A DNA stretch of 64,000 bases from Adineta vaga (GCA_021613535.1 CP075492.1:16244001-16308000), one strand, 5' to 3'; positions 12,590-25,372 are shown, counted from the stretch's first letter. The notes: generated by a model not told the origin, from the letters alone. Translations and numbers: made by a program.

Positions 12590-13534
12590 ATGAACTCTAC
12601 AACCTTATTGATTTCTTTATCAGAAAATTCGAATTCTACAAAGCTAATTAATCAATCATGGTTTATTCCTTTTGATATCATCTCAATTATTTTTCTTATT
12701 CTATCAATATTAATTGGTTTAATATTTTTATCTATAATTCTATCTGATAAAACATGTCATACAGTTTCACTAATGCTTGTAACTAATTCATGTTTTGCAA
12801 CTGTTTTCTTTGTATTTACTTTACTTTGTCAGACGATGATTTCACTTCATAATGATCTTAAACAAATCATATATGAAGATCCATCTTGTAAATTTCGTTC
12901 TTATATTACTTATGTTGGTTGTTCAGAATTATTTTATTCTTATCTATTACAAGCCATTTATCGCTATATCATAATTGTTTATCCAACTTATTTATTTTTA
13001 CAATCAGCAAAGCTTCAATTTATTCTCATTGTTTTAACATGGACATGTGCGTTTCTTTGTCCTTCGCCATATATTTTAACCGGTGAGATTCGATATCATG
13101 TTGATGCTCAAATTTGTCATATGGTTTTTCATCTATCAATCGTATTAGTTTATAATGTATTTAGTATTTATATAATACCTATGGGTGGAATTGTATTTAT
13201 CTATTTTAAATTAGTAGGATATGTAAGAGATATGAGTAAACGTGTTATACAAGAAAATACATTATTTCATGCACAAAGAGAATTACGTATGGTTTTTCGA
13301 ATCGTTACTCTTGTATCAATTCTTTTAATATTTGGTCTTCCTTATGCAATTTTTGAATTCATGGGATTTTTCGTTCAACCACCTAAATATTATTTACGTA
13401 TTGCTTTTCTATCTAGTGATATCTCATTATTTCTATTTATTATTGCCTTATTTCAATTTACAGATCCTGTTAAAAGATCAATTATCAAAAGAATAAATAG
13501 ACGAAAACAAACAGTAGTAGTACCAGTGATATAA
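12590..13534 (+). CDS. Intronless rhodopsin-like GPCR
   Basis: 314 aa, seven hydrophobic segments, N-glycosylation sites at the N-terminus, C-x-x-R at the top of TM3, QAIYRY (DRY-equivalent). Confidence 0.85.
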   Translation: MNSTTLLISLSENSNSTKLINQSWFIPFDIISIIFLILSILIGLIFLSIILSDKTCHTVSLMLVTNSCFATVFFVFTLLCQTMISLHNDLKQIIYEDPSCKFRSYITYVGCSELFYSYLLQAIYRYIIIVYPTYLFLQSAKLQFILIVLTWTCAFLCPSPYILTGEIRYHVDAQICHMVFHLSIVLVYNVFSIYIIPMGGIVFIYFKLVGYVRDMSKRVIQENTLFHAQRELRMVFRIVTLVSILLIFGLPYAIFEFMGFFVQPPKYYLRIAFLSSDISLFLFIIALFQFTDPVKRSIIKRINRRKQTVVVPVI

Positions 13535-13998
13535 ATAATAGAATTGTTTAGTGTTGTAATATTCAGTTAGATAACGTTTCACTATGTGAAGAGAATCTAA
13601 TCGAGGGCGTTTTCGAGTACAATTGACGGCAATCCTACAAAATTGAATGTTTGTGTTTGATTACAAATAAATTTCATTAAGAATCGATAATGTACCAAGA
13701 GCAAAACATTTTATTACTCATTTATTACGTAGAAAAATAAGGGCGTTGTTGAAAAATCATTTTTCTTCCAATTAGATCGCCTATACCATATGAGTCACAC
13801 GGAGATTTTTTTCTCCGTTCTTCTCTCTTTGTATACCCCTGTCCTTGGCATAAATGAATAACTATGGAAGCACGAACATGTAAAAATAAGTAATGTACTT
13901 TTATTCTCGACCTTTTTCATGTTCTCGGAGAAAAGAGTTCAACTATATATAAGGAAAAGAAACATGGAGTATAGATCATTACATTGACTTATTCTATC

Positions 13999-14316
13999 AT
14001 GAATTCAACTGTACAAAAGCAACCATCTACGTCGTACGTTAAACAATTTCAAATCAAATTTAGAAAAATAATTATCTTTTTTTTAGGAATTTATTTTCTA
14101 TTGAACAAGAAAATGACAATTCAATAGCTGAAAAACAAGTTTCATCACGAGATAATTTTCCAAAAGGTTTACGAGGTGGTGGTGCCTGTTTTGATTGGTA
14201 AATTCAACAATTTGGTCTGATTTTATTTCATTTCTTTTCTTTTTAGTTTGGCATGTTTATGTTTTTGTTGTGCATTAGAAGAAATTGCTTGTTTTGAATG
14301 TTGTAGAGATTGTTAA
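13999..14316 (+). CDS. Small cysteine-rich tail-anchored CYSTM-like protein, 3 exons, 71 aa (not in ORF track)
   Basis: Exons 13999-14033, 14087-14197, 14247-14316 with GT-AG introns give ...KGLRGGGACFDCLACLCFCCALEEIACFECCRDC*. TATATAA at ~13945 and AATAAA downstream. Confidence 0.8.
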
Positions 14317-14897
14317 ATATAAGAGCATCGAATTTATTCTCATCACCGTCTATTTATGTAACACATCTTCTTTCTCATTCAATAAACAATAAAAAAAACG
14401 TGTTGTGGAATTCTTACAATTCACATATTCATTATTTAACTAACTAAATAAGTAAATTCAACAGTTACTTTCATTTCTCATAAATGTGGAGGACAAAAAC
14501 AAAAAAAGAATTATAGATATCGAGAATGATGTTTTTCCATTCTATATGTTAATAACTGGCGAATGAAAAGAAAATTACGCATATATATATATGAAAAAAA
14601 CACGAGAAACTATAAAGAGAAACTATAAGTCCAGACGAGAAGATGTTTTTTTTCTTCTCCGTTCTTTATCATATCTATATTTCATTGGTCTTCGATTCCT
14701 CTTTTCTCTGATAAATATGAATTTCATCATATTCTATTTCGAAAGTACAGTTGAATTAAAACAAATTCTTTTATTCAAATGTTAAGCAGGATATAATAGA
14801 AAAAGTTTATTTATTTTAGATTATCAAATTAACCAAGCTTAATTCTTATTTTCTTTTTGATCCATATATTCATTGTCTTTTAAATTCTGATCATTTA

Positions 14898-15440
14898 ATG
14901 GGATTCTTTAATCAATTTAATGATGCAAGGAAAAATATTGGAAAGAAGTGGGACGAAAGTTCTACACTTACAAAAGCATGCATCATTGGAGTACCAGCCG
15001 CTTTTGTAGCACCATTAGCAATAATACCTGCTTTAAGTGCGGTTGGATTTACATCAGCTGGTGTGGCAGCCGGTAGTATTGCAGCATCGCTACAAACAGC
15101 AACAACAGCATCAGGAAGTATATTTGCTCTTTGTCAATCTGCTGGAGCGGTTGGGGCTGTTGCTGCATCAACATCGGTCGGTGTAGGTCTTGGAGCCGGT
15201 GCTGCTGCAGGTGGCGTAACAGCGGCAGTTTACAGAAAAAAGAATCCTAAAAAGAAGACGGACCTAGGAACACAAACTGGAGCTGTTGATGAAGAATTTA
15301 TTGAAGATAATAATACTAATGCAGCTACATCAACAGATGTTGATATAGAACATGTAGATGATGTAACAACAGTAATTAACAACGAAAATGATTCTAACAA
15401 CAGCCACGACAAGGAAACACAAACTGGACATGATAATTAA
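14898..15440 (+). CDS. ISG12 / IFI6-IFI27-like protein with acidic tail
   Basis: LSAVGFTSAGVAAGSIAA...SGSIFALCQSAGA matches the ISG12 consensus (GFT.xGIAAGS.AA...GS.FA.LQS.GA). Confidence 0.85.
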   Translation: MGFFNQFNDARKNIGKKWDESSTLTKACIIGVPAAFVAPLAIIPALSAVGFTSAGVAAGSIAASLQTATTASGSIFALCQSAGAVGAVAASTSVGVGLGAGAAAGGVTAAVYRKKNPKKKTDLGTQTGAVDEEFIEDNNTNAATSTDVDIEHVDDVTTVINNENDSNNSHDKETQTGHDN

Positions 15441-16377
15441 TAAGTTATCGAAGATTATATGGACGAAGCATCTGATTCCTGATAACAAGTAGTTGGTTTA
15501 GATTTTTTCTTTTCTGACACATGAAGATAAAACTTCTGGAACTTCATTTATCTTTTCTTGCGATTCTTCGCAGTTTCTTCTCATTTATTTAGCTTTAGAC
15601 GTGTTTTTTTGTTCTTAGTAGAATATCTAACAAGTATTTTCTATTATGAAAAAGAACCTATACTTCATTTTAAATAAAACTTTCAAGATAGTTAGAATTA
15701 TAGAAGAGTAAATAAAATGAATTGAGTTTAATCTTGATTTGATTGGATGGATATTACATTCAATGAATAACAAAAGAAAAAACGTGCACAATTCTTGTTT
15801 GAGATCTTATTGAATATATATTTATGATTATAAATGTTCCATTATGTGCTGCTTTTTAGTATCTTTCAGTAACTCTATGAGTAAAAGTATTTTCTATAAA
15901 AATGAAGAATAACCAGATAGAAGAAATTATAGATGTTGAGAATGATGTCCGCACCTTTTAAATTATATCTTATCAACTATCGAATGAAAAAAAGCTATGT
16001 ATATAACTTAGTAAAATACAAAGGATCAAGAGTAAAGGAAAAACGTATATATAAAATAAAACGTTACTTTCATCATTTTAGATCACCGAATTTTTGAAGA
16101 TATATTTCAAATCATTAGTTTTGATTTTCTGTTTGATCTATATTCTTTGTCTTATTCTATTCACTATAAAATGGCATCATTTTCAACAATCGGAAACAAT
16201 ACACCTGAAGTCTTCGAGTAAGTTAGTAATGCATTCTTTTCTTTCATAGTAGAATCATAATCTAAACTTCATTTTGACTAAATCTTTGATAGATACTTGA
16301 CTTTAACAATCCACTATTAAAGAATAATTCATTTATTGAGAAAGAAAATAATTTGTAAAATCATATCGATTGTTTAT

Positions 16378-16965
16378 TTATTTTTTATTCTGCAATTGTG
16401 GTGATGATGGTTGATCAATATTTCCATTCGATCGTGCATTAATAAATGGTGGACGCATTGATCCACCAAAATTATTATTTGAAGGCATCCAAACATTACC
16501 TGTTCTACCTGGATAATAACCATTAGAAGGAACTCCATAAGGAATTCCTGATCCTGGATTCATCATACCTTGATCATTATAAGGATACGGTTGATTATTA
16601 TAAACATATGCTAAAACGAAAACGAAAGAAGTTGAAATCTTGATAGAAATGAAAGACAAACGGTTATAATTATTATTGAATTGATTTGTTGGATAATAAT
16701 TTGGTAAATATGAATTCCAAGGTTGATTAATTGAATTAAAAGCAATTCCATTTTCTGGATATGCAATATAACTATGCATATTATAATATCCACTTGCTGC
16801 AAATGTATTTCCACCTGGTGCAAGAACATCAGGCCAAATTCCACGACGTTTACGTAGAGATCGACTTGATATTTCTATTGAAATTATTTTTATTTTTATA
16901 AAAAATTCTTTACATAAATATTTACCAGTAATGATGAAAATAAATAAAAATAAAAAGATTTTCAT
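16378..16965 (-). CDS. Secreted Asn/Pro/Tyr/Gly-rich protein with polybasic cleavage site, 3 exons, ~161 aa
   Basis: Exons 16965-16926, 16874-16662, 16610-16378 with two 51-nt in-frame GT-AG introns; signal peptide MKIFLFLFIFIIT; RKRR site. Confidence 0.7.
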   Translation of the reverse strand: MKIFLFLFIFIITGKYLCKEFFIKIKIISIEISSRSLRKRRGIWPDVLAPGGNTFAASGYYNMHSYIAYPENGIAFNSINQPWNSYLPNYYPTNQFNNNYNRLSFISIKISTSFVFVLAYVYNNQPYPYNDQGMMNPGSGIPYGVPSNGYYPGRTGNVWMPSNNNFGGSMRPPFINARSNGNIDQPSSPQLQNKK

Positions 16966-17547
16966 GTTAAACATTCTTAATCGATTCACCAATTCACTCT
17001 TTCGTTCTATTTCAATATGTACAAATTAATCGTTATTAGATTGTGTTCTTTCTTTCTTTCTTTCCTTCTATGTATATTATTATGGTAGTGAAGAAAAGAA
17101 TAAAATCGTCCTTGTTCCATTCGTTTTTGAGTTCTTCCTAATGCATATATAAATATGACCTCGTACACTTTTTTTTCTCTATAATCATTAAAATAAATGT
17201 GACTTGCATACATGAAATTACCATAAACAAGGTTATTCATCCTATGGAATTATATGAAGCATAATAAAAGATAGATCGGGAATTTCAAAGAATTCTTGCA
17301 ACTATTTTCTTTTGTTTCGATATGTTTCATTATCATATTCAGTCGATAATTTAAATAAATTAGTTGCCATCAGATATTTCTTATAAAATTGAAATATCAT
17401 GAGTATACGTTTATCTTTGTCTAATGAAGTCGAACAGAATGTTTGGAGTTTGATGAGAGAATTGCGTTTCAATACTCATCGATGAGTACATAAATCTTCT
17501 TTTGACATTTTTAAACCACAATACGATATTTCTCGGAAGGAACGCGC

Positions 17548-17605
17548 TGAGTGTGTGGTTGTGAGTGGGATTGATCAGTAAATATACCACACCTACCCTC
17601 AAGAT
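17548..17605. repeat. Telomere-hexamer fold-back mini-element
   Basis: TGAGTGTGTGGTTGTGAGTGGG...CCACACCTACCCTCAAGAT. Confidence 0.7.
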
Positions 17606-18373
17606 TTAATGATGAACTCTATATTCATTTTAATATTAATTTATTTTGTTTTATGTTCTCTTAATTCTCTTTCAAGAGTATATAAAATTTTATGAAAAGT
17701 GAACTATGAATTAGTTAGTTTTACTTTCTAAAATAATATGTCAATGGCGTTTATGAAATACTCTGACAATTTTCTATATACGACATTGAAAAGCGATGCA
17801 TTAAGTCATAGTATCATTTTCTATATTCATTTTTTTCTTAGATTAAACACTATTCTTATCATTTTCAACGATGAGAATAAAACTAGCAGTGACCGTGTGA
17901 AATTAACAATAGATCTGGAAGATTTGCTTTTATAAAACTATGATCTTAATGTTAATATTCTCTCTTTCCGTTTTTGTTTTAGTTAACATTAAATTGAAAA
18001 GATCACTACACATGTTAATTTCTGATTATACTCGAGGATGGCTTTTGATCATTCCGCTCATTCCATCATTGATTGTTACTATCTTTAATCTTTATCATCT
18101 ATTACGAGATCGTGCACTTCGAACAACACTCAATAATCATGTCATTGTTCTTCTCATTCGTCTAGTTGACTTGGTCGCGATCAGTCGCATTCGTCCAAGT
18201 GAAATAAACATATATATCTTATCTCTCGTCTTTCTACTTTTTCTTTCGACCAGCTAAAAAGTCCTAGGACTTAAAAAAACTGGTTTTTCATCGAGATCCT
18301 CTGTACTTCATCAACCCAAACAAGAAAACAAAAACAATCTACATCAAATTATCAACAACTGGTGCTGATTTTA

Positions 18374-19814
18374 ATGCCTTCCAAGAGAGGAAGGGGTGGC
18401 GGTGGTCAACAGAGACGCTACCACAGCGTGGACAACCAACAAAGAGCAACCACCACACAACGAAAACAAGGGCCACAAAGCTCACAACGAACAACACAAG
18501 ATGGCAAAACAGGACCATATGCTTTAAAATCAAGCCAACCAACATTTAGTATCGCCCCTCTTATTCTAGAGGGTGTTAACTTAAACAAATTGCAGCTAAA
18601 TGATATATTGAAGCAACATCTTGCTGAAGTCAATATCCATGACATCCAACTTGGACGAAATGGAATATTCACATTATATGCAAGAGATGTTAAATCGTTC
18701 AACAACATATTAAACGACTTTTCATCAATATTATCGTCAAACGGTCAACCATCAGCCACGGTATACGTTCCAAGATCTATACAAAGAATCAAGGACACAG
18801 AAAAGATCGCCTTCGTAAAAAGAGTCGATCTAGAACTACCAAACGATCGAATAACTGAAGCACTAAAGAACGTTGGTCTTGAAGTAACAGAAGTTATTCG
18901 ATTAACAAGCAAAGATGGTAAGACTCCAACACGAACAGTCAAGATATCATTTAGCGATGCAACAAATCGAAATATCTTTGTGCAAACTGGTTTACAAGTG
19001 GATTGCATGCACTTCACCGCTGAACCAGCGACACAAAATTCCAAACCGGTGCAATGTTACATTTGCTTAAAATACAACCATGTAGCCAAATACTGCAAAA
19101 CCAAGCAACAAGTATGTAGTCGATGTGGTGAAAATCATAGCAACGACAAATGTACTGTTACAGATGACGCAGTCAAGTGCTACAACTGTAAAGGTAATCA
19201 TATTGCTACTTCCAAAGAATGTTCACATTATAGAGAACAAGAAAAGAAGATGCAAAACATGGTTAACCAATATGCAACAACAAGCAAACAAGTAACACAA
19301 GCACCATCAATCTACAGCACACATGACTTCCCACCTCTATCACAATTCAACCAAACACAAAAAACAACTATTAACGGACAATTTATTCGACGATATCATT
19401 AATGCTCTTACCAGCAAAATGGAAACCATCATCGAAAAAACTACCAATCGACTATTCAAAGCACTACATCAGAAGATCAAGAAGATCGAAAAATCATTCG
19501 GACTCCTCGATCGTAATAATGAAGAAAAATATATATTAACTGATTCAGACTCTGATTCCAACGAACAAAGTCAAGCAGTTAAGATCATCAAACCAAAACC
19601 AAAAAAACAACAGAGTGAAGCTGACAAATCGTCTACAACAGAGAATGTCACTTCAAATAAACCTACTATGCCATCAACTCCTACTACGTCAAAAGACGCA
19701 CAAAATACAAAAGAAGGATCCAATACAAACAAGAGAGCCCTTTCTTCCAACAACTCTCCTGATGCATCTATAAACGACAAGAAAACACTTAAAACAAGCA
19801 GCAACGATGCTTAG
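18374..19814 (+). CDS. LINE ORF1 gag-like nucleic-acid-binding protein (one frameshift at ~19360)
   Basis: Three CCHC knuckles (CYICLKYNHVAKYC, CSRCGENHSNDKC, CYNCKGNHIATSKEC); continues in ORF 19323-19814 after an A-run. Confidence 0.9.
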
Positions 19815-22497
19815 TTTATGCCATATCAACATTAACTCAATTACCAAACACAAAGATGAACTCCTAGCCAGATTCTCCAAATACGATATTATCTCTGTTA
19901 ATGAAACTAATCTAAAGAGCGAAAGACCATTCACTCTTTTTGGTTATAACATCTTCAGAAATGATCGAATAGGACAAGCTGGTGGTGGAGTATTATTAGC
20001 AGTGAAACAACATATCAAGTGTCAAGAAGTACTAAACAAAATAACCTGCAAGAATGAAGCGATAGCAGTAGAGATTCGAACTAAATCATTCAAATCAATA
20101 CTAATATCCTCCATTTACGTACCACCAAAAGCAAAGATCGATATCAACTTATTCTACGAACTTTATAACATTAACAACAACTGCATTATCATGGGTGATC
20201 TTAAAGCAACATTATACAATATGGGATCACAACAAGCTAATGCTAGAGGAAGATAGCTGCAAGAATTATTTAAAGATGGTCTTATTGATTGTGTCGACGA
20301 TGATAGTCCAACTTTCGAAAAAAATGATTATGAAGTTAAACTAGATTGGATTCTAGCAAGTCAACCACTTCTTTCATTCATATCAAACGTTGAGACTCAT
20401 CCAACAATCGGTGCATTAAATGGCCATAAACCATTAACATTTGATATTCCTTGCGGAGCTGAACCCAAACCGGCTTCGTCAAGAATTTCATTTAATTTCA
20501 AAGCAGCAAAATGGTCAAAATTTAGATGCAAGTTAGATCAACAACTGATGCTGTGGAAAAATGATCATCATTTAGATTCAGCAGCAGACATAGAAGAATA
20601 TACTTCATTCATTACCACTAGTATACTAGAAGCAACAAAAGAAGCCGTTCCGCAAAAAAAGCAGATGATCCGAACGTATACACCAAGTGAAGTATCGATA
20701 AGCCTGATAAAACAAAAACATCAAGCATATCGAAAATGGAGGAAGACTGGAAACAACTTAGATAAACATCTATATTACAATTCCAAAGTCTTGCTTACAA
20801 ATTCACTTAGAAACGACAGAAGAAATAACTTCAACAAGTTAATGTCATCTTTATGCCATAAGAAAATGTATTCGGACAAAGTTTGGTTGACGGTGCGCAA
20901 GTTCCACAACAAAAGGATCAAGCAAACCTACGCCAACATCATGAAATACAACAATACAACTGCAACATCAGACAAGGAGAAAGCAGACTTATTTGCAGAT
21001 TACTTCGGAAATGAAGTCTACTCTCACACTGCTGATACGTTGCCACTTCATGATCAAGTAACACGCCAAGCAAACAAAGTCAAAAGTAAAACTATAACCT
21101 CTTCAAACACATCAAAGTGGAAGCAAATCAAAGAAAAAGAAGTCAAAAATCATATAAGACAACTTAGAAATAGCTCCACTGGTCCAGACAACATTCATAA
21201 CCGATGTTTGAAGAATCATTCAAAATTACTGGTACAGCATCTAACAAATCTGTTTAATGCAATTTTGAAACAAGGTTATATTCCAGCAATGTGGAAAAAG
21301 GCTAATATTATTCTTCTATTAAAGCCAAAGAAAGACAAACAACAACCGTCTAGCTATCGACCGATTAGTCTCCTTAGTTGCTTAGGCAAACTATTGGAGA
21401 AAATAATCAAACAACGTTTAATGCTCGAACTTGAACGACGAAACATCTTACCACAACATCAAGCCGGATTTAGACCAGGTAAAAGCACTATATACAACAT
21501 CGTGCGATTAGAAAGATACGCTGCAGGACAACTTAGACGACCACGTCGACGACGTCACTCAGCTGTCATTCTTTTCGACATCAAAGCCGCATTTGATTCG
21601 GTATGGCACGATGGTTTGATATACAAGCTTAATGATCTACGTCTTCCCTGTTTCATCATCAACTATCTGATCTCATTCTTAAGCAATAGAACGGCTGCAA
21701 TTGAAATCGAAAATATATTATCACGTCCGTTTAATCTGAAGAGCGGTACACCACAAGGATCTCCGTTATCACCATTACTTTATATTATGTATACGGCAGA
21801 TTCGATGAATGGAATACCAACTCATACAGAACATGGGTTGTTCGCCGACGACACTGCATTATGGACATCTGGCAACACCTTAACAAATCTTAACACCAGA
21901 TTACAACAATCCATAGATGCATTCGAAAGTTGGTGCAAGTCATGGAAATTAAAACTTCAACCAACTAAGACAGAGCTGATACACTTCAGCATACATCCAA
22001 GAAAACACTACAAGAATCCAGTGAAAGTTAAAGTTGAAGACACCATCATCAAACCACTGGACTCCACACGTTACTTGGGTGTAATTATAGATAAAAGATT
22101 AAAATGGCGAGCACATCTCGAACATATTGAAAGCAAGATTGCTCCTCGGATCGGTCTACTTCGATATCTTTCGAGAACAGCATATGAACCCAACAACAAG
22201 ACGATGATAAATATTTTCAAATCAATTGTACGCACAGTTATCATTTATGGACATCCTATTCTCCTTACTGCTGATCAAAAAGTATGGGACCGTTTACAAA
22301 TCATGCAGAATAAAGCAATTAGAGCTGCACTCGGACTACCCATATATACATCTGTCAAATATATCCACAAGATCAGCAACATTCCAAAAATCAAAGATTA
22401 TGCAATAGGACTACTTAAACATACACTTCAAAAGGCAACAACAAACAACGACATTACACTGAAGAATCATCTACAATGCATCTTAGACAAAATTTAA
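19807..22497 (+). pseudogene. LINE ORF2 (APE endonuclease plus reverse transcriptase) with premature stop
   Basis: Endonuclease motifs NINS, SVNET, GGGV, YVPP; RT motifs SYRPISLL, QAGFR, DIKAAFD, GTPQGSPLSP, FADD. In-frame TAG at 20254-20256; the GDxN motif reads GDLK. Confidence 0.92.
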
Positions 22498-22619
22498 AAA
22501 AGAAATCACCAACCATTACATATAATAGTAACATCGAGAGAATAGACTATTCTTGTGTCAGTCGAATCGATGTAAAAAACGATATATCGCAATCAAATAT
22601 ACTATTCAGCTACTTCGTT

Positions 22620-22890
22620 TAACTCGTTCTTATACAAAATAAGAAGTCGATTCAATCTATATGCTGTATCGTTCTTTCGTTCTATTCAGTTATTTATTGA
22701 TCGCATTCTTATATATAATATAATATCGAGCCAATCTTTAAACCGATTCATGTATACAGCAAATTCTTTTACTCGTTCTTATATACAATATGATATCGAG
22801 TCAACGTCTTTGCTGATCCTTACAATATCCAGTAAATTCTTTGCTCGTTCTTATATGCAATATGAAATCGAGTCAATATATTTGCTGATT
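22620..22890 (+). repeat. Four degenerate ~72-78-bp tandem repeats in the LINE 3' UTR
   Basis: Core CTCGTTCTTATAT-CAATATGA-ATCGAGTCAA recurs at ~22622, 22700, 22771 and 22843. Confidence 0.75.
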
Positions 22891-24382
22891 TAAAACATGT
22901 CACATACAATCCAGCTTCTTTTCTCTTCCTCTCCAATCTATCCATATAGTACCACTATATCTTCTGTTTTCTGTTTTCTTTCTCTTTTTCTTCTACCACA
23001 TATGTAAGACTTTACACGCGTCACCCCATCTACACTCACTATTGGCATATAAAATTTTTCTCGTTCTTATTACTATGTCACGGACAAAAGACATACGTCA
23101 TGTGTCCTTTTTTTTTTCTCTACTCCAGCTTATGTAGAAGTACAATACCTTCCGTTGACTTTATGTTACAGTGTTGTTCTTTTTTACAATAAAGCTTTGT
23201 TACCAAAAAATTGTTCTTCTCTTACTTTGTGGATTTATTCAAGAATTGGCAGATACTATATGGTATCTTCACAATTTGTTTACAATAGTCTGTTCTATTA
23301 TCAGCACCGGCATTTTGTCTGATTTGGGCATGTCTTGATACAATTCTGAATATTATGACATATTTCTTGATGCCATGCGCATCGATTGAACGTCATATTC
23401 TTATTTTCTATTCACAATAGTTTGCAACATTAAAAAAGCGTACACTCTTTCATTACCATACGATTCAACATATTGGATATGTAATCGTTATACATGTATA
23501 ATGCGTACTGGTTCGTTAGCTGTATACGAAGGCACTGTTCATCGCATTTTACCAGCATTTGTTATTTCTAGATTCACCAGTATAGCATTGATCATTCGTA
23601 TTATCCATAGTCGATATCGCATTCAGCATCGTATTGATTGGAGAAACTATCAAAGAATGGCCAGTCAATTATTATCAATCGCAGTTATCTATATTGCATT
23701 AGATCTGCCACCAATGCTACTATATACAATGTACATGAATGGTCTACTACCATATGATGTAAGACACAGTTACTATAATGATGCCTTATTTTTTCTCTAC
23801 TGGATGATTTTATTTACTCGGTTTGCAACTGTTCTTTCGTTACCAGAGTTAAAAACAAAATGTAAAAATGCTCTGTGCTTTAGAGGAAAACGCAATGAAG
23901 TCGCTCCAGAATTAATCGTTCAGAATCTCGCAAAAAGTCGTGATAAAGTTGACTTACAACTGCAAAAAGCTAATGTTCAATAGTTAGTTGTAAACATGTT
24001 TTCTATCGTGCATTTATTTTTTGTGTTATTATATTTGATGTTGTTTGTTTTGGCAATAAAATTTCTTATCAGTATATACGTTGTGTTAAAACCAGACATA
24101 TTAATCTATAGTGTCATGTATTATATTTCAAATTTCGATGTTGATTTTTTTTGTAATAGTAAAATAGGTCTTTTTTTAAATTAGAATTCCAGATTTCTGA
24201 CTATAAAATCTGCCGTCATAATCAAGTAGATATTTTTTTTCTTCTTTTTTTGATTATGTGATAAATATATTTTTTTGTCTATCAAACTTTTCTTTGTGTT
24301 AGTTTTTTCTGTGCTTTTTGAAATTTTTTATGATGATTAATAAAAAACTTATGATCCTCGTTATATACTTAAAAATCTCGAG

Positions 24383-25087
24383 ATGAAATATGAGTACCGA
24401 CGATATAAAATAAGTAGGCCTGAATGCCTTTGTGCAAGGAGCTTATCAAAGTGTGAATGTTTATTAGTCGATCGTATCCTCAAGAAGAACGTGGAAGAAA
24501 TGCATCGACAATGGGGCTGTTCCAAAGAACTTTGCTGATATTGTTCTCATTGTTTTGCTAAACGATGCAAAGAACTTTGTCAAAATCGTGAATGTGTAAT
24601 GTTTGGTACCGATCATTTTGCTCAGTTATGTCGTCGTCGTGGTACGGCTGATGTTGGATCGAAAAAGAGTAAAGAATCAAGAATAGGAGGGTAAGTTATT
24701 TTGATAATTCATATTGATTCGAGGAGGACTAGGATGTTTTCATATGTTTAATTAACTTCTATCTGAAATTATAGATCTGAAGGAGAAAGAATTGCACTTA
24801 ATTTTATTCAAGATACATTTTCAAATATTTCTATGCAACGAAATCTAGCAGTTGCCGGTATCAGTGAGCTTATGGCACCACCATCAAATAGATCCAAACA
24901 AAATTCACATCACACGATGCAAGAATATGAAGACAATGATGATGATGATGAAGAAGAAGAAGATGATGACCAAAATTCGGAAGAGAGTGATGACGACTAT
25001 GATGATAATTCGAATCAACATCAGTCATGTAATTCATCGAGTAATATTGGTTTCGGTGCCATTATTCGCTCAATTGGGAAAAAATAA
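24383..25087 (+). pseudogene. Two-exon Cys-rich / acidic-tail gene with one in-frame TGA (24536-24538)
   Basis: Exon 24383-24690, intron 24691-24774 (GTAAGT...ATAG), exon 24775-25087 in frame with ORF 24833-25087. Confidence 0.6.
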
Positions 25088-25286
25088 TTGACTCATCTTA
25101 CCATTTTATAATTACTGTTTGTCAAGACAACGAGAATTGACTATTAAAAAGAGTAAATAACTAAATTCTTTTCTTGTAATAACTTGCTCAACCTGTAACA
25201 CATAATGATATTATATTTAAATCTTGAAGATGAGAGAATGAAGAATAAATACCCACGCTCATGCCCTTACATTCGGTATAGCGTAT

Positions 25287-25372
25287 ATCTTGAGGATGTG
25301 GGTGTGGGTGAGAGTGTAGATGTCGAAAATTGAACGATTATATTCTTGATACACCTATATCCACACCCACCC
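25287..25372. repeat. Telomere-hexamer fold-back mini-element
   Basis: ATCTTGAGGATGTGGGTGTGGGTGAG...ATCCACACCCACCC. Confidence 0.75.

Larger units (their letters stand above)
18156..23209 (+). mobile_element. Full-length non-LTR retrotransposon (LINE, Jockey/I-like group)
   Basis: 12-bp TSD ATTGTTCTTCTC (18144-18155 / 23210-23221); 5' UTR, ORF1, ORF2, ~700-nt 3' UTR, AATAAA at 23188 and a short A tail. Confidence 0.95.
18012..23983 (+). pseudogene. Rhodopsin-like GPCR split by a LINE insertion (18012-18155 and 23222-23983)
   Basis: Removing the LINE and one TSD copy restores ...LRTTLNNHVIVLLLLCGFIQELADTIWYLH. The 3' part has ASIERHILIF plus an in-frame stop (~23418) and frameshifts. Confidence 0.85.
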
